From contig OY759599.1 of NCBI GenBank assembly GCA_963662465.1, forward strand, positions 1,664,001-1,728,000: DNA of 64,000 nt, written 5' to 3'. Source of the stretch: Desulfatiglandales bacterium. Lineage in GTDB: Bacteria > Desulfobacterota > DSM-4660 > Desulfatiglandales > Desulfatiglandaceae. Position numbers and translations under genes: made by a program. Below, one piece after another: positions 1 to 10,812 of this stretch (positions are counted from its first letter, which is position 1; each line of letters begins with the position of its first letter). The notes beneath the pieces were generated by a model, which was not told where the DNA came from, did not search any database, and saw only the letters and a list, made by a program, of their open reading frames with translations.

Positions 1-69
1 GCCATCCTCGATAAATGTGAAGAATTGGGGAAAACCATTGCCGCCGGCTGCCGGGAAGGGATCTATTGA
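1..69 (+). CDS. 3' end of a probable flavodoxin-family protein (partial)
   Basis: Frame 1 reads AILDKCEELGKTIAAGCREGIY*, which resembles the C-terminus of flavodoxin/NAD(P)H-dependent reductase family proteins. Confidence 0.5.
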   Translation, partial: AILDKCEELGKTIAAGCREGIY

Positions 70-1583
70 CAAACAAAATGCCGGGGAAAAGGATGAATAA
101 CCGTAGGATGAGGGTGCTGTTAGCGGAAAATCCGGAAACTTCGGACGGGTCTATCAGGGAATTGTTGGAAAAACGACAAACGGATCTCATCCTCTGCGAA
201 AACGGCATTGACGCTGTTCGAAAAGCATATTTGAGAAAGCCCGGGCTAATCATCCTGAATGTTAACCTTCCCGGAATGAATGGCTATCAGTGCGCCCGTC
301 TGCTGAAACAGGATCCTTTTATGAATGCCGTTCCCATTGTGCATGCGGCCTCTTCTGAAAGTCCCCTGGATCGGTATTGGAGCAAAGTCTGCCGGGGGGA
401 TTGTTGCCTGACGACGCCGGTTTCCGAGACCTCGTGGGACCGGGCAATGGAAAACCTGGTTTTCAAAGAGAGGCCAGGACGACAGCGCCTCAGCCATAAT
501 GTCAACATGATTCCGGAAATGGATGACCGGACTATCCTCATGATGGCCGGCAGTCTTCTGGAGCAGGATCTCCTTCAAGCCACCATTTTGAATGAAATCA
601 ACATGATCGATACATGGGATATTGCGCCGAAGGATCTCGTGGTCGCTTTGATGGCCATTATCCATTCCTTGTATCCATTTACCCAAAGCGCGGCGCTTCT
701 GATTACCGATCATAACAGCGGGCTTTATTTATGTGGGAACAGCGCCTGCCGGCAGGATCAGTTCGATGAAATCCATAATCTCATCATCGCCCATTTGTGG
801 AAAGAACATGCCATGATGTTGAAATCCGAAGATGTTGAGAGCAATTTCATCGAGGTTCCCTTTGCTGAAGCAGGCGGAGAAGAAGACGGCGAAATCTATA
901 TTCATACCCGGGAAACGGGTCCCATCCATTCCGTCTTATATTTTGAAGATATCAACATGGCGGATCTGAGCCGGGAAGAACAGAATCTCCTCTTTCTGGC
1001 ACTGGACCTGGTCCATGGGGTTTTGGAAAGGAAGATCTTTGCCCGAAAATCCCAGGAGCTTTCGGTTATTGATATGGCGACTCAGGGATATTCCATGACG
1101 TTTTTCATGGAGGTTCTGGGCAGAGAGCTTGCCAACGCCCGAAGAAACAAATATGACATCACCTTGATTACCCTTATGATTTCCAATTTTGACGACGTCA
1201 CAAAAAACCTGCATCCCGAAGAGGAAATTGAGATCGTTCAAGTGATTCAAAACGCCATTTTTCGAACCCTTCGCAAAGCGGACATCATTGCAAGGTGGAA
1301 GGGGGGCAATTTCGCCTTTTTACTTACCCATACGTCTTTTGAAAACGCAAAAATTCCGGCGCAGCGGGTTCAGCGGAACGTGCTCCAGGACATTGCGGAT
1401 CAAATGCCTTCCATGGGTCTTTTGAAGCTCCACATGGGCATGTGTGAGTTTGACCCGGAACAGAATCAAACGCCGGAGTCCTTTTTTGCCGATGCCATGC
1501 CGAGAAGATCAACCCCGAAAGTGAAAGAAGACATCCCCCATTTGTCGACCGTTTCTTCCGGGAAACGGAGAGAAAAGAGGTGA
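66..1583 (+). CDS. Receiver + degenerate GGDEF domain protein (probable c-di-GMP receptor); start may be ATG at 78 or 93
   Basis: N-terminal REC fold with LIILNVNLP (Asp replaced by Asn); C-terminal GGDEF fold reading RKADIIARWKGGNF (RxxD I-site intact, active site degenerate). Confidence 0.75.
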   Translation: MTNKMPGKRMNNRRMRVLLAENPETSDGSIRELLEKRQTDLILCENGIDAVRKAYLRKPGLIILNVNLPGMNGYQCARLLKQDPFMNAVPIVHAASSESPLDRYWSKVCRGDCCLTTPVSETSWDRAMENLVFKERPGRQRLSHNVNMIPEMDDRTILMMAGSLLEQDLLQATILNEINMIDTWDIAPKDLVVALMAIIHSLYPFTQSAALLITDHNSGLYLCGNSACRQDQFDEIHNLIIAHLWKEHAMMLKSEDVESNFIEVPFAEAGGEEDGEIYIHTRETGPIHSVLYFEDINMADLSREEQNLLFLALDLVHGVLERKIFARKSQELSVIDMATQGYSMTFFMEVLGRELANARRNKYDITLITLMISNFDDVTKNLHPEEEIEIVQVIQNAIFRTLRKADIIARWKGGNFAFLLTHTSFENAKIPAQRVQRNVLQDIADQMPSMGLLKLHMGMCEFDPEQNQTPESFFADAMPRRSTPKVKEDIPHLSTVSSGKRREKR

Positions 1584-1589
1584 GCGGCA

Positions 1590-4106
1590 ATGGACGGGTC
1601 TAGCAAGCTCAGGGTTGGCGAACTGCTTATCCAGGAAGGCGCCATTACGCAGGAAAACCTGGAAAGGGCACTGGCTGTTCAAAAAGAAAATACATCCTAC
1701 AAACCGATCGGGGAGGTTTGTGTCGATCTGAAATTTCTTTCCAGAGCTCGTCTGCACCGGATACTCAATCAATACCACAAACGGATTTCCGTTGGGGACC
1801 TCCTCATCAATCTGGGGTTGATTACGCCCGGGCAACTGGATGAAGGGCTGACTCATCAAAAAAAAATCGGCGGAAAACTGGGTGCGATCCTGGTCAGCAA
1901 GGGCTTCATTACGGAGGGCGCCCTCGTGGACGCGTTGTCCATCCAGATGGGAATCCTCAAGGTGGCGCCGGACTTTCATTTGATCGATAAGGGGTTGTTG
2001 AAAGGCATTAATGAAGAATTCCTGCTGAGCAATGAAATTATTCCTGCTTTCAAGGAAAATGATGTGCTGACCTTGATCATGAGCAATCCCCTGGACCGGG
2101 ACATGATCCAGAATCTTGGCCGCGTTTTCAAGGTCCGCAAAATCAAACCGGCCATTGCTTCCTCCACTGATATTCGAAACGCCATCCATCAGCATTTTCA
2201 AAAGGTCACGTTTGTAAAGGACGGAACCAGCAACAAGGCAAAAACGGATCTCATCATCGGGGATAAAAAAATTACCATGGAAGGGGGGGACACCACCAGC
2301 GGGGTGGTGGATTACATCTTCACCAATGCCATTCTGGAAGGCGCCAGCGACATTCACATCGAGCCCAAGGAAGAAAGCCTTCGCGTTAGATACCGAATCG
2401 ACGGCATTCTGCATCACAAGACGGACCTGCCCGTTTCCCTGGCGCCCAGCCTTGCTTCCCGCATCAAGGTGCTGTGCAAACTGGATATCGCCGAGAAGCG
2501 GAAACACCAGGATGGCCGGATTCATGCCCAGGTGATGAACAAGGAGGTTGATCTTCGGGTATCGGTTTATGCCGCCGCCTTTGGCGAAAACATCGTGATC
2601 CGGATTCTGTATCGCAAAAGCGCTCTCATTGACATCGATCAACTGGGGATTACGCCCCAGAACAAGGTCCGTTTCATGCAGGTGCTGGATCAGCCTTCGG
2701 GCGTCATCCTGGTTACGGGACCCACGGGGAGCGGGAAAACGACGACGCTTTATGCGGCCATCAATTACTTAAATGACGGCAGCACATCCATTATCACCGT
2801 GGAGGACCCCGTAGAATACGTCATTGACGGCATTGTTCAAGGCCAGCTCAATCCCAAACTGGGGCAGACCTATGGGGATTTTCTGAAATCCATGATGCGT
2901 CAGGATCCGGATGTCATCATGGTGGGGGAAATCAGGGATTCCACCGCGGCGGAAGCGGTCATTCAGGCGGCGCTGACCGGGCATAAGGTCCTGTCGACCT
3001 TTCATACGGAAGATACCACGGGCGCGCTTCTCAGGCTCATGGACATGGGCATCGACACCTTCCTCATTTCGTCCACCGTGGTCTCCGTATTGGCCCAGAG
3101 GCTGGTTCGCGTCCTTTGCCCCGAATGCAGGCTGGCCTACATCCCCAATAAATATGAACTGGATGCTCTGGGGGTTCGCGCTGAAAACATGGGAAAGTTC
3201 AAATTCTATAAGCCCGTTGGATGTGCCCACTGCAACCATATGGGGTATCGCGGACGTACCGGCGTTCATGAGCTGCTGCTGGTCAACGATATGATTCGAG
3301 ACGCTATTCTTGCGCGTAAGACCTCCGGGGAAATCAGGCGATTGGCCAGGGAAGCATCGACCCTTGTGACCATGCGGGAAGATGGATTTTACAAAGTGCT
3401 GAAAGGGACGACGTCCTTTGAAGAAATCAGCCGTGTGGTTCCCTGGCAGGAAGTTGATGAAGGATTCGACCGCTCCCCCGAGGAAATCATCGCCCTGGCC
3501 GAGGGCGGGGTTGTTGTGACTGAAACAGGAGAAAAATCTTCAAACCCTGACACCGCCGCGGCGGTTTTGGATGCCACACACGATGATAATCCGGTTTACC
3601 GGATACGGTTCAATACACGAACCATCTCACGGGAAAGGGAAAAAATCGCCCGCTTTTTTGATACGTACCGTCAAATGATGGAAAAGCTGGGATACCCACC
3701 GGAACCTTCCCGCTTGCTGGAAGATTTTATCGCGTTCATCGTTTTAACGGTAAAACGGGTGGAACATTCACTCAAAAGTCCGTTTGTGGAATTTTCCCTT
3801 CGTGGAAAGGACGGCAAAATCGTCATGGAGCTGGAAACCCTGGTTCCCAAACAAACGCCTTTTAAGACCCGTGGAACCCCTCGTGAAAAGGGCCCCCGGC
3901 TCATTAATTTTCTTTTGCCGCCGGGGAAGGATGTTACAGAAGGCATGGGAAATGAAATCTTACGGTTTCCTCAAAGGGTTTCAAAACCGGAGAAATCGCC
4001 GGTTTTATCCCTGGTGGAAGGAAATGACATTAACCGGGAGAAAACCGGGGTATATCGAAAGCATGTGGAAAAGCTGGAATGGAAGGCCCCCGGCGGAAAG
4101 CACTAG
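1590..4106 (+). CDS. GspE/PilB-family secretion/pilus ATPase with tandem MshEN-like N-terminal repeats and a C-terminal extension
   Basis: GASDIHIEP, Walker A GPTGSGKTTT, TVEDPVEY, RQDPDVIMVGEIRD, two CxxC pairs; N-terminal RVGELLIQEGAITQENLERALAVQ. Confidence 0.92.
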   Translation: MDGSSKLRVGELLIQEGAITQENLERALAVQKENTSYKPIGEVCVDLKFLSRARLHRILNQYHKRISVGDLLINLGLITPGQLDEGLTHQKKIGGKLGAILVSKGFITEGALVDALSIQMGILKVAPDFHLIDKGLLKGINEEFLLSNEIIPAFKENDVLTLIMSNPLDRDMIQNLGRVFKVRKIKPAIASSTDIRNAIHQHFQKVTFVKDGTSNKAKTDLIIGDKKITMEGGDTTSGVVDYIFTNAILEGASDIHIEPKEESLRVRYRIDGILHHKTDLPVSLAPSLASRIKVLCKLDIAEKRKHQDGRIHAQVMNKEVDLRVSVYAAAFGENIVIRILYRKSALIDIDQLGITPQNKVRFMQVLDQPSGVILVTGPTGSGKTTTLYAAINYLNDGSTSIITVEDPVEYVIDGIVQGQLNPKLGQTYGDFLKSMMRQDPDVIMVGEIRDSTAAEAVIQAALTGHKVLSTFHTEDTTGALLRLMDMGIDTFLISSTVVSVLAQRLVRVLCPECRLAYIPNKYELDALGVRAENMGKFKFYKPVGCAHCNHMGYRGRTGVHELLLVNDMIRDAILARKTSGEIRRLAREASTLVTMREDGFYKVLKGTTSFEEISRVVPWQEVDEGFDRSPEEIIALAEGGVVVTETGEKSSNPDTAAAVLDATHDDNPVYRIRFNTRTISREREKIARFFDTYRQMMEKLGYPPEPSRLLEDFIAFIVLTVKRVEHSLKSPFVEFSLRGKDGKIVMELETLVPKQTPFKTRGTPREKGPRLINFLLPPGKDVTEGMGNEILRFPQRVSKPEKSPVLSLVEGNDINREKTGVYRKHVEKLEWKAPGGKH

Positions 4107-5419
4107 TCCGAAAGGTCTTCCACCCCTTGAAGTACAATGTCAAACAATTCCCGTGTATCCTCCTTTTCCAGGCAGGAAAAGGCCACTCGAAGGTCGGTTT
4201 TTCCGAGTGCGATCAGTCCCACGCCGTATTGATCCAGAAGATGCACCCGAAGCGATTCCGCATCAACGGTCTTCAGTTTCAGGCACATGAAATAGCCGGA
4301 ATTAAATGGGTATACGTCCCAGGCTTTCGCGTATTTCGGGTCGGAAAGCACTTTTTTGACTTCCTGGGCCCGTGCCTTCATAATCTGAAATTTCTCTTCC
4401 TTTTCAGACGCATATTTTTTTGATTGCAGTGACTTGAGGATTAGCTCCTGACTCAGGTGTGATGCATTGGATATGCTTCCTCTGACTGCCCCCGCGGTTT
4501 TTTTCTCCAGTGCATCGTAAAAAGGTCTCGATTCACCTTGAATCGGACAGCCGTAAGTCACAAAGCCGACCCGCAATCCCCACGCAAAGTTTTCCTTGGT
4601 GGCCCCGTCCAGCTTAACGGCCAGGAGATTGGGATCACGGTCCAAAAGCCGGGTGAAGATGGATTCCTTCATGGCTTTTTCTTCATAAAAAAGACCGAAA
4701 TAGGCATCATCGGTAATGGCTACCACATGGGTTCCGCTTTTTGCGGTGGTTTCCAGAATCCCCGCAATTCCGTCTGCTTCCTCCGGTGAAACCGTATACC
4801 CGGTAGGGTTGTTGGGGAAATTGAGCAATACAATGATCTTATCCCGTTCTCCGGCCTCTTTTTCCACGCAGGTTTTGAAGGCCTCCATGTTGAAACCGCC
4901 CCGCGGGTCGAAAAAAGTATAGTTTTTGATGACGGCCCCTTTTCGAACCCCAAAAATCAAGTTGTAATTCCCCCACATTTTATCAGGCAGGATCATGACG
5001 TCCCCCGGATCCACCCACATATCCGACACCACGCTCAAGGCATGGGTAATGGCATTGCAGGTCACCGGCAGGCTGATGTCTTTGCCCGTGAGTGAAGGAT
5101 TCTTGCGAACCATTTCTTCCTGCCAGGCCTTGCGAAGGGGCAGGATGCCGAAAGAGGGGGCGTAGGTCAGCGCTTGTGCGGGAGAGATGTCATTTAGCAT
5201 GACCATGATGGAGGGGAGGTACATGGTGTCCCCCTTTTCCGTGGCCATACCGATGGTGGCGTTGAATTTGTGGGCTTTTTCCTTGGCTTCGGCGCTTTGT
5301 GAAAGAATGCCTTTGGGGAAAAACAGGTTCTTGCCAACGCTGCTCAGCATATCATAAACTTGATGGTTTCCCTGCTGAATGATCCGATTGAACTCTTCCG
5401 CGATGGGGTTCATCTCCAT
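4103..5419 (-). CDS. PLP-dependent aminotransferase class I/II
   Basis: NFPNNPTG, DDAYFGL and KLDGATKENFAWGLRVG motifs. Confidence 0.9.
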   Translation of the reverse strand: MEMNPIAEEFNRIIQQGNHQVYDMLSSVGKNLFFPKGILSQSAEAKEKAHKFNATIGMATEKGDTMYLPSIMVMLNDISPAQALTYAPSFGILPLRKAWQEEMVRKNPSLTGKDISLPVTCNAITHALSVVSDMWVDPGDVMILPDKMWGNYNLIFGVRKGAVIKNYTFFDPRGGFNMEAFKTCVEKEAGERDKIIVLLNFPNNPTGYTVSPEEADGIAGILETTAKSGTHVVAITDDAYFGLFYEEKAMKESIFTRLLDRDPNLLAVKLDGATKENFAWGLRVGFVTYGCPIQGESRPFYDALEKKTAGAVRGSISNASHLSQELILKSLQSKKYASEKEEKFQIMKARAQEVKKVLSDPKYAKAWDVYPFNSGYFMCLKLKTVDAESLRVHLLDQYGVGLIALGKTDLRVAFSCLEKEDTRELFDIVLQGVEDLSD

Positions 5420-5664
5420 TTTGTCACTCCTGGTTATGCTTTAATTTTCAAATTATTTTAACCTATTCCTAACCGCTGATTCCAGGCCCTGTCAAGCAAA
5501 ATTGCCAGGGGTCCTTCTTTAAGCCGTCGCCCACCGCTATTTCGTCACCCGTTAGTTTTTTGGTAACCGATGATTCGATTGTGTTCAAAATATAATTGTA
5601 CTAAAATAAGCGCCCATGACACAATTTCTGTTACCCTTCAAAGTCGACAGCGTGAGAGAAGCAG

Positions 5665-7146
5665 ATGCAAAAAGCCTTTATGGAAATTTTTGAAAATATC
5701 CTGGGTTCGGTTCGTGAACCCCTGGTGGTGCTTGATTCTGAATTGAAAGTGGTGAAGGCCAATCATTCATTTTACAGGACCTTCAAAGTTGAGCCGCGGG
5801 GAACTGAAGGGATGTTGATATACGATCTTGGCAATCGGCAATGGGATATCCCGAAGCTCAGGAAGTTGCTTGAAGATATCCTTCCCCGGAGTTCCGTTTT
5901 TAATGACTTTGAGGTGGAACATGACTTCAAAAGCATCGGCCGAAAGATCATGCACTTGAACGCGAGACGGATTTACACAAAGGCAAACCAGACTCCGCTG
6001 ATTCTGCTGGCCATCGAAGATGTGACCGAGCGTGAATATTATAAACGGCATCTTGAGGAACTGGTTAAAAAGCGAACGGCCGAAATCACCATAGCAAGGG
6101 AAGCGGCGGAAAAAGGCAAACAAATCGCTGAAACCGCCCTCCTGGAAACAAAAAATTTAAAAAATCAACTTGAAGCTGAAAGGGCTTATCTGCAAGAAGA
6201 AATCAAGCTGGAATACAACCATGAGAACATTATCGGTCAGAGTGACGGGATCAATTACATTCTCTATAAGGTTGAACAGATTGCCGCAAGCGATACCATC
6301 GTCCTGGTTCTGGGCGAGACCGGAACCGGCAAGGAACTGGCGGCCCGGGCCATTCACAATTTGAGTTTACGCAAAGGGCGGGCCTTGATGAAAGTGAATT
6401 GTGCCGCACTGCCGTCAAATCTTATCGAAAGCGAGCTGTTCGGTCATGAGAAAGGTGCTTTCACAGGCGCCCATTCCAGGCACCAGGGGCGATTTGAGGT
6501 CGCCGACGGCGCCACCCTTTTTCTGGATGAGATTGGTGAGCTGCCGCTGGAATTGCAACCCAAGCTGCTCAGGGTAATTCAGGATGGTGAGTTTGAACGG
6601 TTGGGCAGCGCTAAAACGATCAAGGTCGATGTGCGGATTATTGCGGCTACCAATCGCAATCTGGAAGAGGAAGTTCGCAGGGGCCGGTTTCGCGATGATC
6701 TCTGGTACCGTTTAAATATTTTCCCCATTACCATGCCGCCGCTCCGGGATCGGTTGGACGACATCCCACTGCTTGTGGAATTTTATGTCAAAAAGATCTC
6801 CAAGCGAATGGGCAAGTCCCTGGAGGTCATTCCCACGAGAGTCATGAATGCCTTGCAGGAATATCACTGGCCCGGTAATGTTCGAGAACTTGAAAACGTC
6901 CTTGAACGTGCGGTCATTAACTCATCGGGACCGAAGCTGCGCCTGGTGGATGAATTGAAGACCCATCAAAAAGACCTATGGTCCACGCAAAAAACCCTTC
7001 AGTCCCTTGAGCGCGAGCATATTATGCGAATCCTCGAACAGACGAAATGGCAAGTCAGTGGAAAAAAAGGGGCTGCCGAGATCCTGGGTCTGAACCGCAG
7101 CACGTTGCGTGCCCGAATGCGAAAACTGGGTATCGTCAAGCCGTAA
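5665..7146 (+). CDS. PAS + sigma54-dependent (FhlA/NtrC-like) transcriptional activator with Fis HTH
   Basis: [34 protein letters not shown]-terminal [20 protein letters not shown]. Confidence 0.93.
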   Translation: MQKAFMEIFENILGSVREPLVVLDSELKVVKANHSFYRTFKVEPRGTEGMLIYDLGNRQWDIPKLRKLLEDILPRSSVFNDFEVEHDFKSIGRKIMHLNARRIYTKANQTPLILLAIEDVTEREYYKRHLEELVKKRTAEITIAREAAEKGKQIAETALLETKNLKNQLEAERAYLQEEIKLEYNHENIIGQSDGINYILYKVEQIAASDTIVLVLGETGTGKELAARAIHNLSLRKGRALMKVNCAALPSNLIESELFGHEKGAFTGAHSRHQGRFEVADGATLFLDEIGELPLELQPKLLRVIQDGEFERLGSAKTIKVDVRIIAATNRNLEEEVRRGRFRDDLWYRLNIFPITMPPLRDRLDDIPLLVEFYVKKISKRMGKSLEVIPTRVMNALQEYHWPGNVRELENVLERAVINSSGPKLRLVDELKTHQKDLWSTQKTLQSLEREHIMRILEQTKWQVSGKKGAAEILGLNRSTLRARMRKLGIVKP

Positions 7147-7263
7147 GGCCCGGTATGACCTACTCAAATACGCTCTTTTTTTGACCCGTTTAAAACGGTT
7201 CTCTTCACGTTCGTGTACCCTCTCCAAGCATTATTCCCTTTATTTGCAAAGCGCCGATTGGGT

Positions 7264-7296
7264 TGTCATATTTGACCATCTGTCATATTTGACCAT
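7264..7296. promoter_or_regulatory. Tandem 16-bp repeat TGTCATATTTGACCAT x2, putative enhancer (UAS) for the adjacent sigma54 activator
   Basis: Exact direct repeat with period 17 and a quasi-palindromic core GTCATATTTGAC, about 100 bp upstream of a -24/-12-like site. Confidence 0.55.
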
Positions 7297-7395
7297 TATT
7301 TCGCCTCAACCAGGACTTATTCCAACACCCCTCTATTTTGATGATTCATCGATAAATCAATGCCTTTTCGCCAATCAAGATTGCGCTTATTCAGT

Positions 7396-7412
7396 CCGGC
7401 ATGAAGCTTGAA
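7396..7412 (+). promoter_or_regulatory. Putative sigma54 promoter (variant -12)
   Basis: CCGGCATGAAGCTTGAA: GG-N10-GA rather than the canonical GC. Confidence 0.45.
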
Positions 7413-7531
7413 TACAGAATGATGGAATGCCGGCGTTTTTGGGCATCAGACGGCATGGAGAGATTTTGTGAAAGTATGAGTTTAACGTAAACGAAACCCT
7501 GGAAGGAAATTTCCCTTAGAGGAGGGCTTCC

Positions 7532-7876
7532 GTGATTATCATGAGGATTACAATGAAGGCGCTTATGGAAAAACGAACGGAGATGATGCAAACGCTTCGC
7601 TCGATGATTGAGCCTGCGGGGAATGAAAAGGGGTGTTTAAGTTATGACGTTTTTTGCGATATGGAAGGCCACACTGTTTTCAACCTGTTTGAAGAGTGGG
7701 AAACCCGTGAAGACCTGGACCGTCACATCCGGTCTGAAAGATTCAGTGTTTTGCTCGGAACAAAAAGCCTCTTGGCCAAACCTCTGGAAATGAAAATCCA
7801 TACAGTTTCCCATTCGGAAGGAGCGGAGGTCGTGAATGCTCTCAGGGGCAAGGGAACCTTCAAAAAGAACGCTTAA
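7532..7876 (+). CDS. Antibiotic biosynthesis monooxygenase (ABM)-family protein
   Basis: EKGCLSYDVF...FEEWETREDLDRHIRS pattern. Confidence 0.8.
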   Translation: MIIMRITMKALMEKRTEMMQTLRSMIEPAGNEKGCLSYDVFCDMEGHTVFNLFEEWETREDLDRHIRSERFSVLLGTKSLLAKPLEMKIHTVSHSEGAEVVNALRGKGTFKKNA

Positions 7877-7877
7877 A

Positions 7878-9692
7878 ATGAACCCAACCTATAAAAATAT
7901 TGCTATTTCGATCATGATCGGGCTTTTGCTGCTCATGCTGTTTCGGGGATTCAACGAACCCGTAAGCAGCGCCTCCATTGATTACAGCGACTTTTTGAGA
8001 ATGGTCGAGAGCGAAAGCGTTACCCAGGTCATGATTCAGGGGGACGACATATCCGGTCTGAGTGCTAAGGGACCTTTCAATACATTCGCTCCGGATGATC
8101 CCAACCTTATTCAGTTGCTCAAGCGCAAAGGAGTGAAGATATCGGCAAAACCCCAGGAAGGAGACTCATGGTACAGCGTCATCCTTTCCTGGGTCCCGAT
8201 GCTTTTAATGATCGGTGTTTGGATATTCTTCATGCGCCGGATGCAGGGCGGCAATGGAAATCCACTATCCTTTGGGAAAAGCAAAGCAAAGCTCATGCCG
8301 GATTCCCAAGGGAAAGTCACCTTCGAGGATGTGGCGGGAATCGATGAGGCCAGGGATGAATTACAGGAAATTGTCGACTTCCTAAAGGATCCTGGAAAAT
8401 TCACCCGGCTGGGGGGAAGAATACCGAAAGGGGTTCTTCTTGTGGGGGCGCCGGGTACGGGTAAGACGTTACTGGCAAGGGCCATCGCCGGTGTGGCGGA
8501 TGTTCCCTTTTTCACCATGAGCGGGTCGGATTTTGTAGAGATGTTTGTGGGAGTGGGTGCGTCAAGGGTCCGAGACCTTTTTAAGCAAGGCAAAAAAAAT
8601 GCTCCCTGTATCATATTTATAGATGAGATCGATGCGGTGGGTCGGCGCCGGGGCGCCGGTTTGGGCGGTGGACATGACGAAAAAGAACAGACCCTCAATC
8701 AGCTTCTGGTGGAGATGGATGGCTTCGAATCTAATGAAGGGGTCATTCTGATATCCGCCACAAACAGGCCCGATGTGCTGGATCCCGCCCTGTTGAGAGC
8801 CGGGCGATTTGACAGACAGATCGTCGTTTCCGTTCCCGATATAATGGGGCGGGTGGGCATCCTGAACGTACATGTCAGAAAAATTCCCCTGGCCGATGAT
8901 GTTGATATCAAGGTCCTTGCGAGAGGAACCCCCGGTTTTACCGGCGCTGATATTGAAAATATGGTCAATGAGGCCGCCCTGATGGCAGCCAGACGCGGAA
9001 AGGACAGGGTGGGGATGGTCGACCTTGAAGACGCCAAGGACAAGGTTATGATGGGGCCTGAGCGGAAAAGTATGATCATCAGTGAAGAGGGGAAAAAGAC
9101 CATGGCTTATCACGAGGCGGGACATACCCTTGTGGCAAGGCTTCTTCCCGGTACGGATCCCATTCACAAGGTAACCATTATTCCCCGGGGGCGATCCCTT
9201 GGCCTGACCCAGCAGCTCCCCATATCCGAAAAGCACACCTATCCTAAAGATGACTTGCTGAACAATCTTTGTATTTTGATGGGGGGCAGGGCTACGGAAG
9301 AGATAATATTCAATACGCAAACAACAGGATCGGAAAATGATATTAGAAATGCATCCGAACTTGCCAGAAGAATGGTCTGTGAGTATGGCATGAGCGAAGA
9401 ACTGGGTCCGCTGGCCTTTGGTCGAAAGGAAGGGCCGATATTTCTTGGCATGGAGCATACCCGGCGCAGGGATTACAGTCGGATGACGGCGCAAAAGATC
9501 GATCAGGAAGTCATGGCTATGGTAATGGCAGGCTACCAAGGAGCATTAGGGCTCGTTAAAGATAATTTGGATACCCTTCACAAGATAGCTGACGCCCTTT
9601 TGGAGAAAGAGACATTGGACAGTCGTGAGATCGACGAATTAATGGCGGGTGGGAAAAAGCTCGTAAAGGAAGGGGTAAGCAGTAAAAGATAG
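7878..9692 (+). CDS. ftsH: ATP-dependent zinc metalloprotease FtsH (probably a paralog)
   Basis: Two N-terminal TM segments, [20 protein letters not shown] ([19 protein letters not shown]), HEAGH zinc motif. Confidence 0.95.
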   Translation: MNPTYKNIAISIMIGLLLLMLFRGFNEPVSSASIDYSDFLRMVESESVTQVMIQGDDISGLSAKGPFNTFAPDDPNLIQLLKRKGVKISAKPQEGDSWYSVILSWVPMLLMIGVWIFFMRRMQGGNGNPLSFGKSKAKLMPDSQGKVTFEDVAGIDEARDELQEIVDFLKDPGKFTRLGGRIPKGVLLVGAPGTGKTLLARAIAGVADVPFFTMSGSDFVEMFVGVGASRVRDLFKQGKKNAPCIIFIDEIDAVGRRRGAGLGGGHDEKEQTLNQLLVEMDGFESNEGVILISATNRPDVLDPALLRAGRFDRQIVVSVPDIMGRVGILNVHVRKIPLADDVDIKVLARGTPGFTGADIENMVNEAALMAARRGKDRVGMVDLEDAKDKVMMGPERKSMIISEEGKKTMAYHEAGHTLVARLLPGTDPIHKVTIIPRGRSLGLTQQLPISEKHTYPKDDLLNNLCILMGGRATEEIIFNTQTTGSENDIRNASELARRMVCEYGMSEELGPLAFGRKEGPIFLGMEHTRRRDYSRMTAQKIDQEVMAMVMAGYQGALGLVKDNLDTLHKIADALLEKETLDSREIDELMAGGKKLVKEGVSSKR

Positions 9693-9793
9693 GTGGGACG
9701 ATTCTAATGGGCGAAAGTTGAATGGTTTGAAGCATCTTGGTCTTCGCAAGCATTAAAGATTAATTTTATAAGGAGACAGATCTTCCTCCGTAT

Positions 9794-9819
9794 CGCCGCA
9801 CGGCTTTAGTCGTGCGGCG
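9794..9819. repeat. GC-rich hairpin resembling an IS200/IS605 end or REP; may also act as a terminator
   Basis: CGCCGCACG-GCTTTAGT-CGTGCGGCG. Confidence 0.4.
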
Positions 9820-9958
9820 TTGAAGGGGCGTCCAATCGTGTCCGTCTAAGGGTGTCGATGAACAAAGATTTCCCTCAACGCCGGGAGTGGGAGAGAAAAG
9901 GGAGGGGCGTTGGGGTGGATGCAAAAGAGGTGTGTGCGTGAGGCTTTCTGTTTCACGT

Positions 9959-10645
9959 TTATTTGGCCCGAATGATCCCGGATCGTATGACAGTCTTGTC
10001 TTTGGCGATGAAGGTCCCCTTTATCTCGGTCACGCCACCTTTGTTGTCGTTAAAGTCGGCATCATAGCCAAACTCGATATACAGGGTTTTTCCTGCATCT
10101 ACGTTTGTATCGGCGGAAAGATTTCCCGCCACTTTTATGAGAGTGTCGCTCTCCACGGAACTTACGGCCTCACTGAGGGTTGAATAACAGGGATTATTGT
10201 CCCCGCACCCGTCAGCACTCACATAGGCGATTTCCTGATCCCTGTATGTTGCCGTTACGGTTATGAGGTTTTCCGGCATGGTCACGGTGGTGGCTGCCCT
10301 CGTTACATCAGCCACACGAGCCGTATCCCCGGTCCACACCGCAAAGACCTTTCCAGCGGCAGGGGCATTGGCGGAAATGTTCACCACCGTTCCCGCTTTA
10401 TATTCCCCGCCCCCTGTTCCGTTGTTTACGGTCAGAGTGTACGTGGTGACTGCTCCCTGCACCGTCCTTTGGAGCAGGTTGCCGTTGTTGTCGTAGGTAT
10501 AGGCGATGCTTCTGCCGCTGCCGTAGTCGGCGGCGGTGAGGCGGCCGGTGGTGTCGTAGGTGTAGGTGATACTGCCGGCGTGGGCCAGAGGGGCCACGAG
10601 GCAGAGCAGCAGTGTCCAAAAAAGCGATATGGCATGGTGTTTCAT
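9959..10645 (-). CDS. Small secreted mini-YD-repeat protein with an InlB-B-like repeat and the shared C-terminal domain
   Basis: Signal peptide ending APLAHA; ITYTYDTTGRLTAADYGSGRSIAYTYDNNGNL; LTVNNGTGGG...WTGD...MP repeat; CTD AYVSADGCGDNNPCY...RSGIIRAK. Confidence 0.85.
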   Translation of the reverse strand: MKHHAISLFWTLLLCLVAPLAHAGSITYTYDTTGRLTAADYGSGRSIAYTYDNNGNLLQRTVQGAVTTYTLTVNNGTGGGEYKAGTVVNISANAPAAGKVFAVWTGDTARVADVTRAATTVTMPENLITVTATYRDQEIAYVSADGCGDNNPCYSTLSEAVSSVESDTLIKVAGNLSADTNVDAGKTLYIEFGYDADFNDNKGGVTEIKGTFIAKDKTVIRSGIIRAK

Positions 10646-10812
10646 CCTGTTCGTTCCTTTCTCATCTGACGTTTTGCTCTGGCGTTGGATTCGGGCGCGT
10701 GTTTGTGGGCTCATTGTTCGCTTCCCTGTCTAAGTTTGGGGGCGATGACGTGCTTACGGCCGTCGGTGTCTTCCCAGCCATGGAAGAGTAGTTTGACCTC
10801 GGCCGGACCGCT

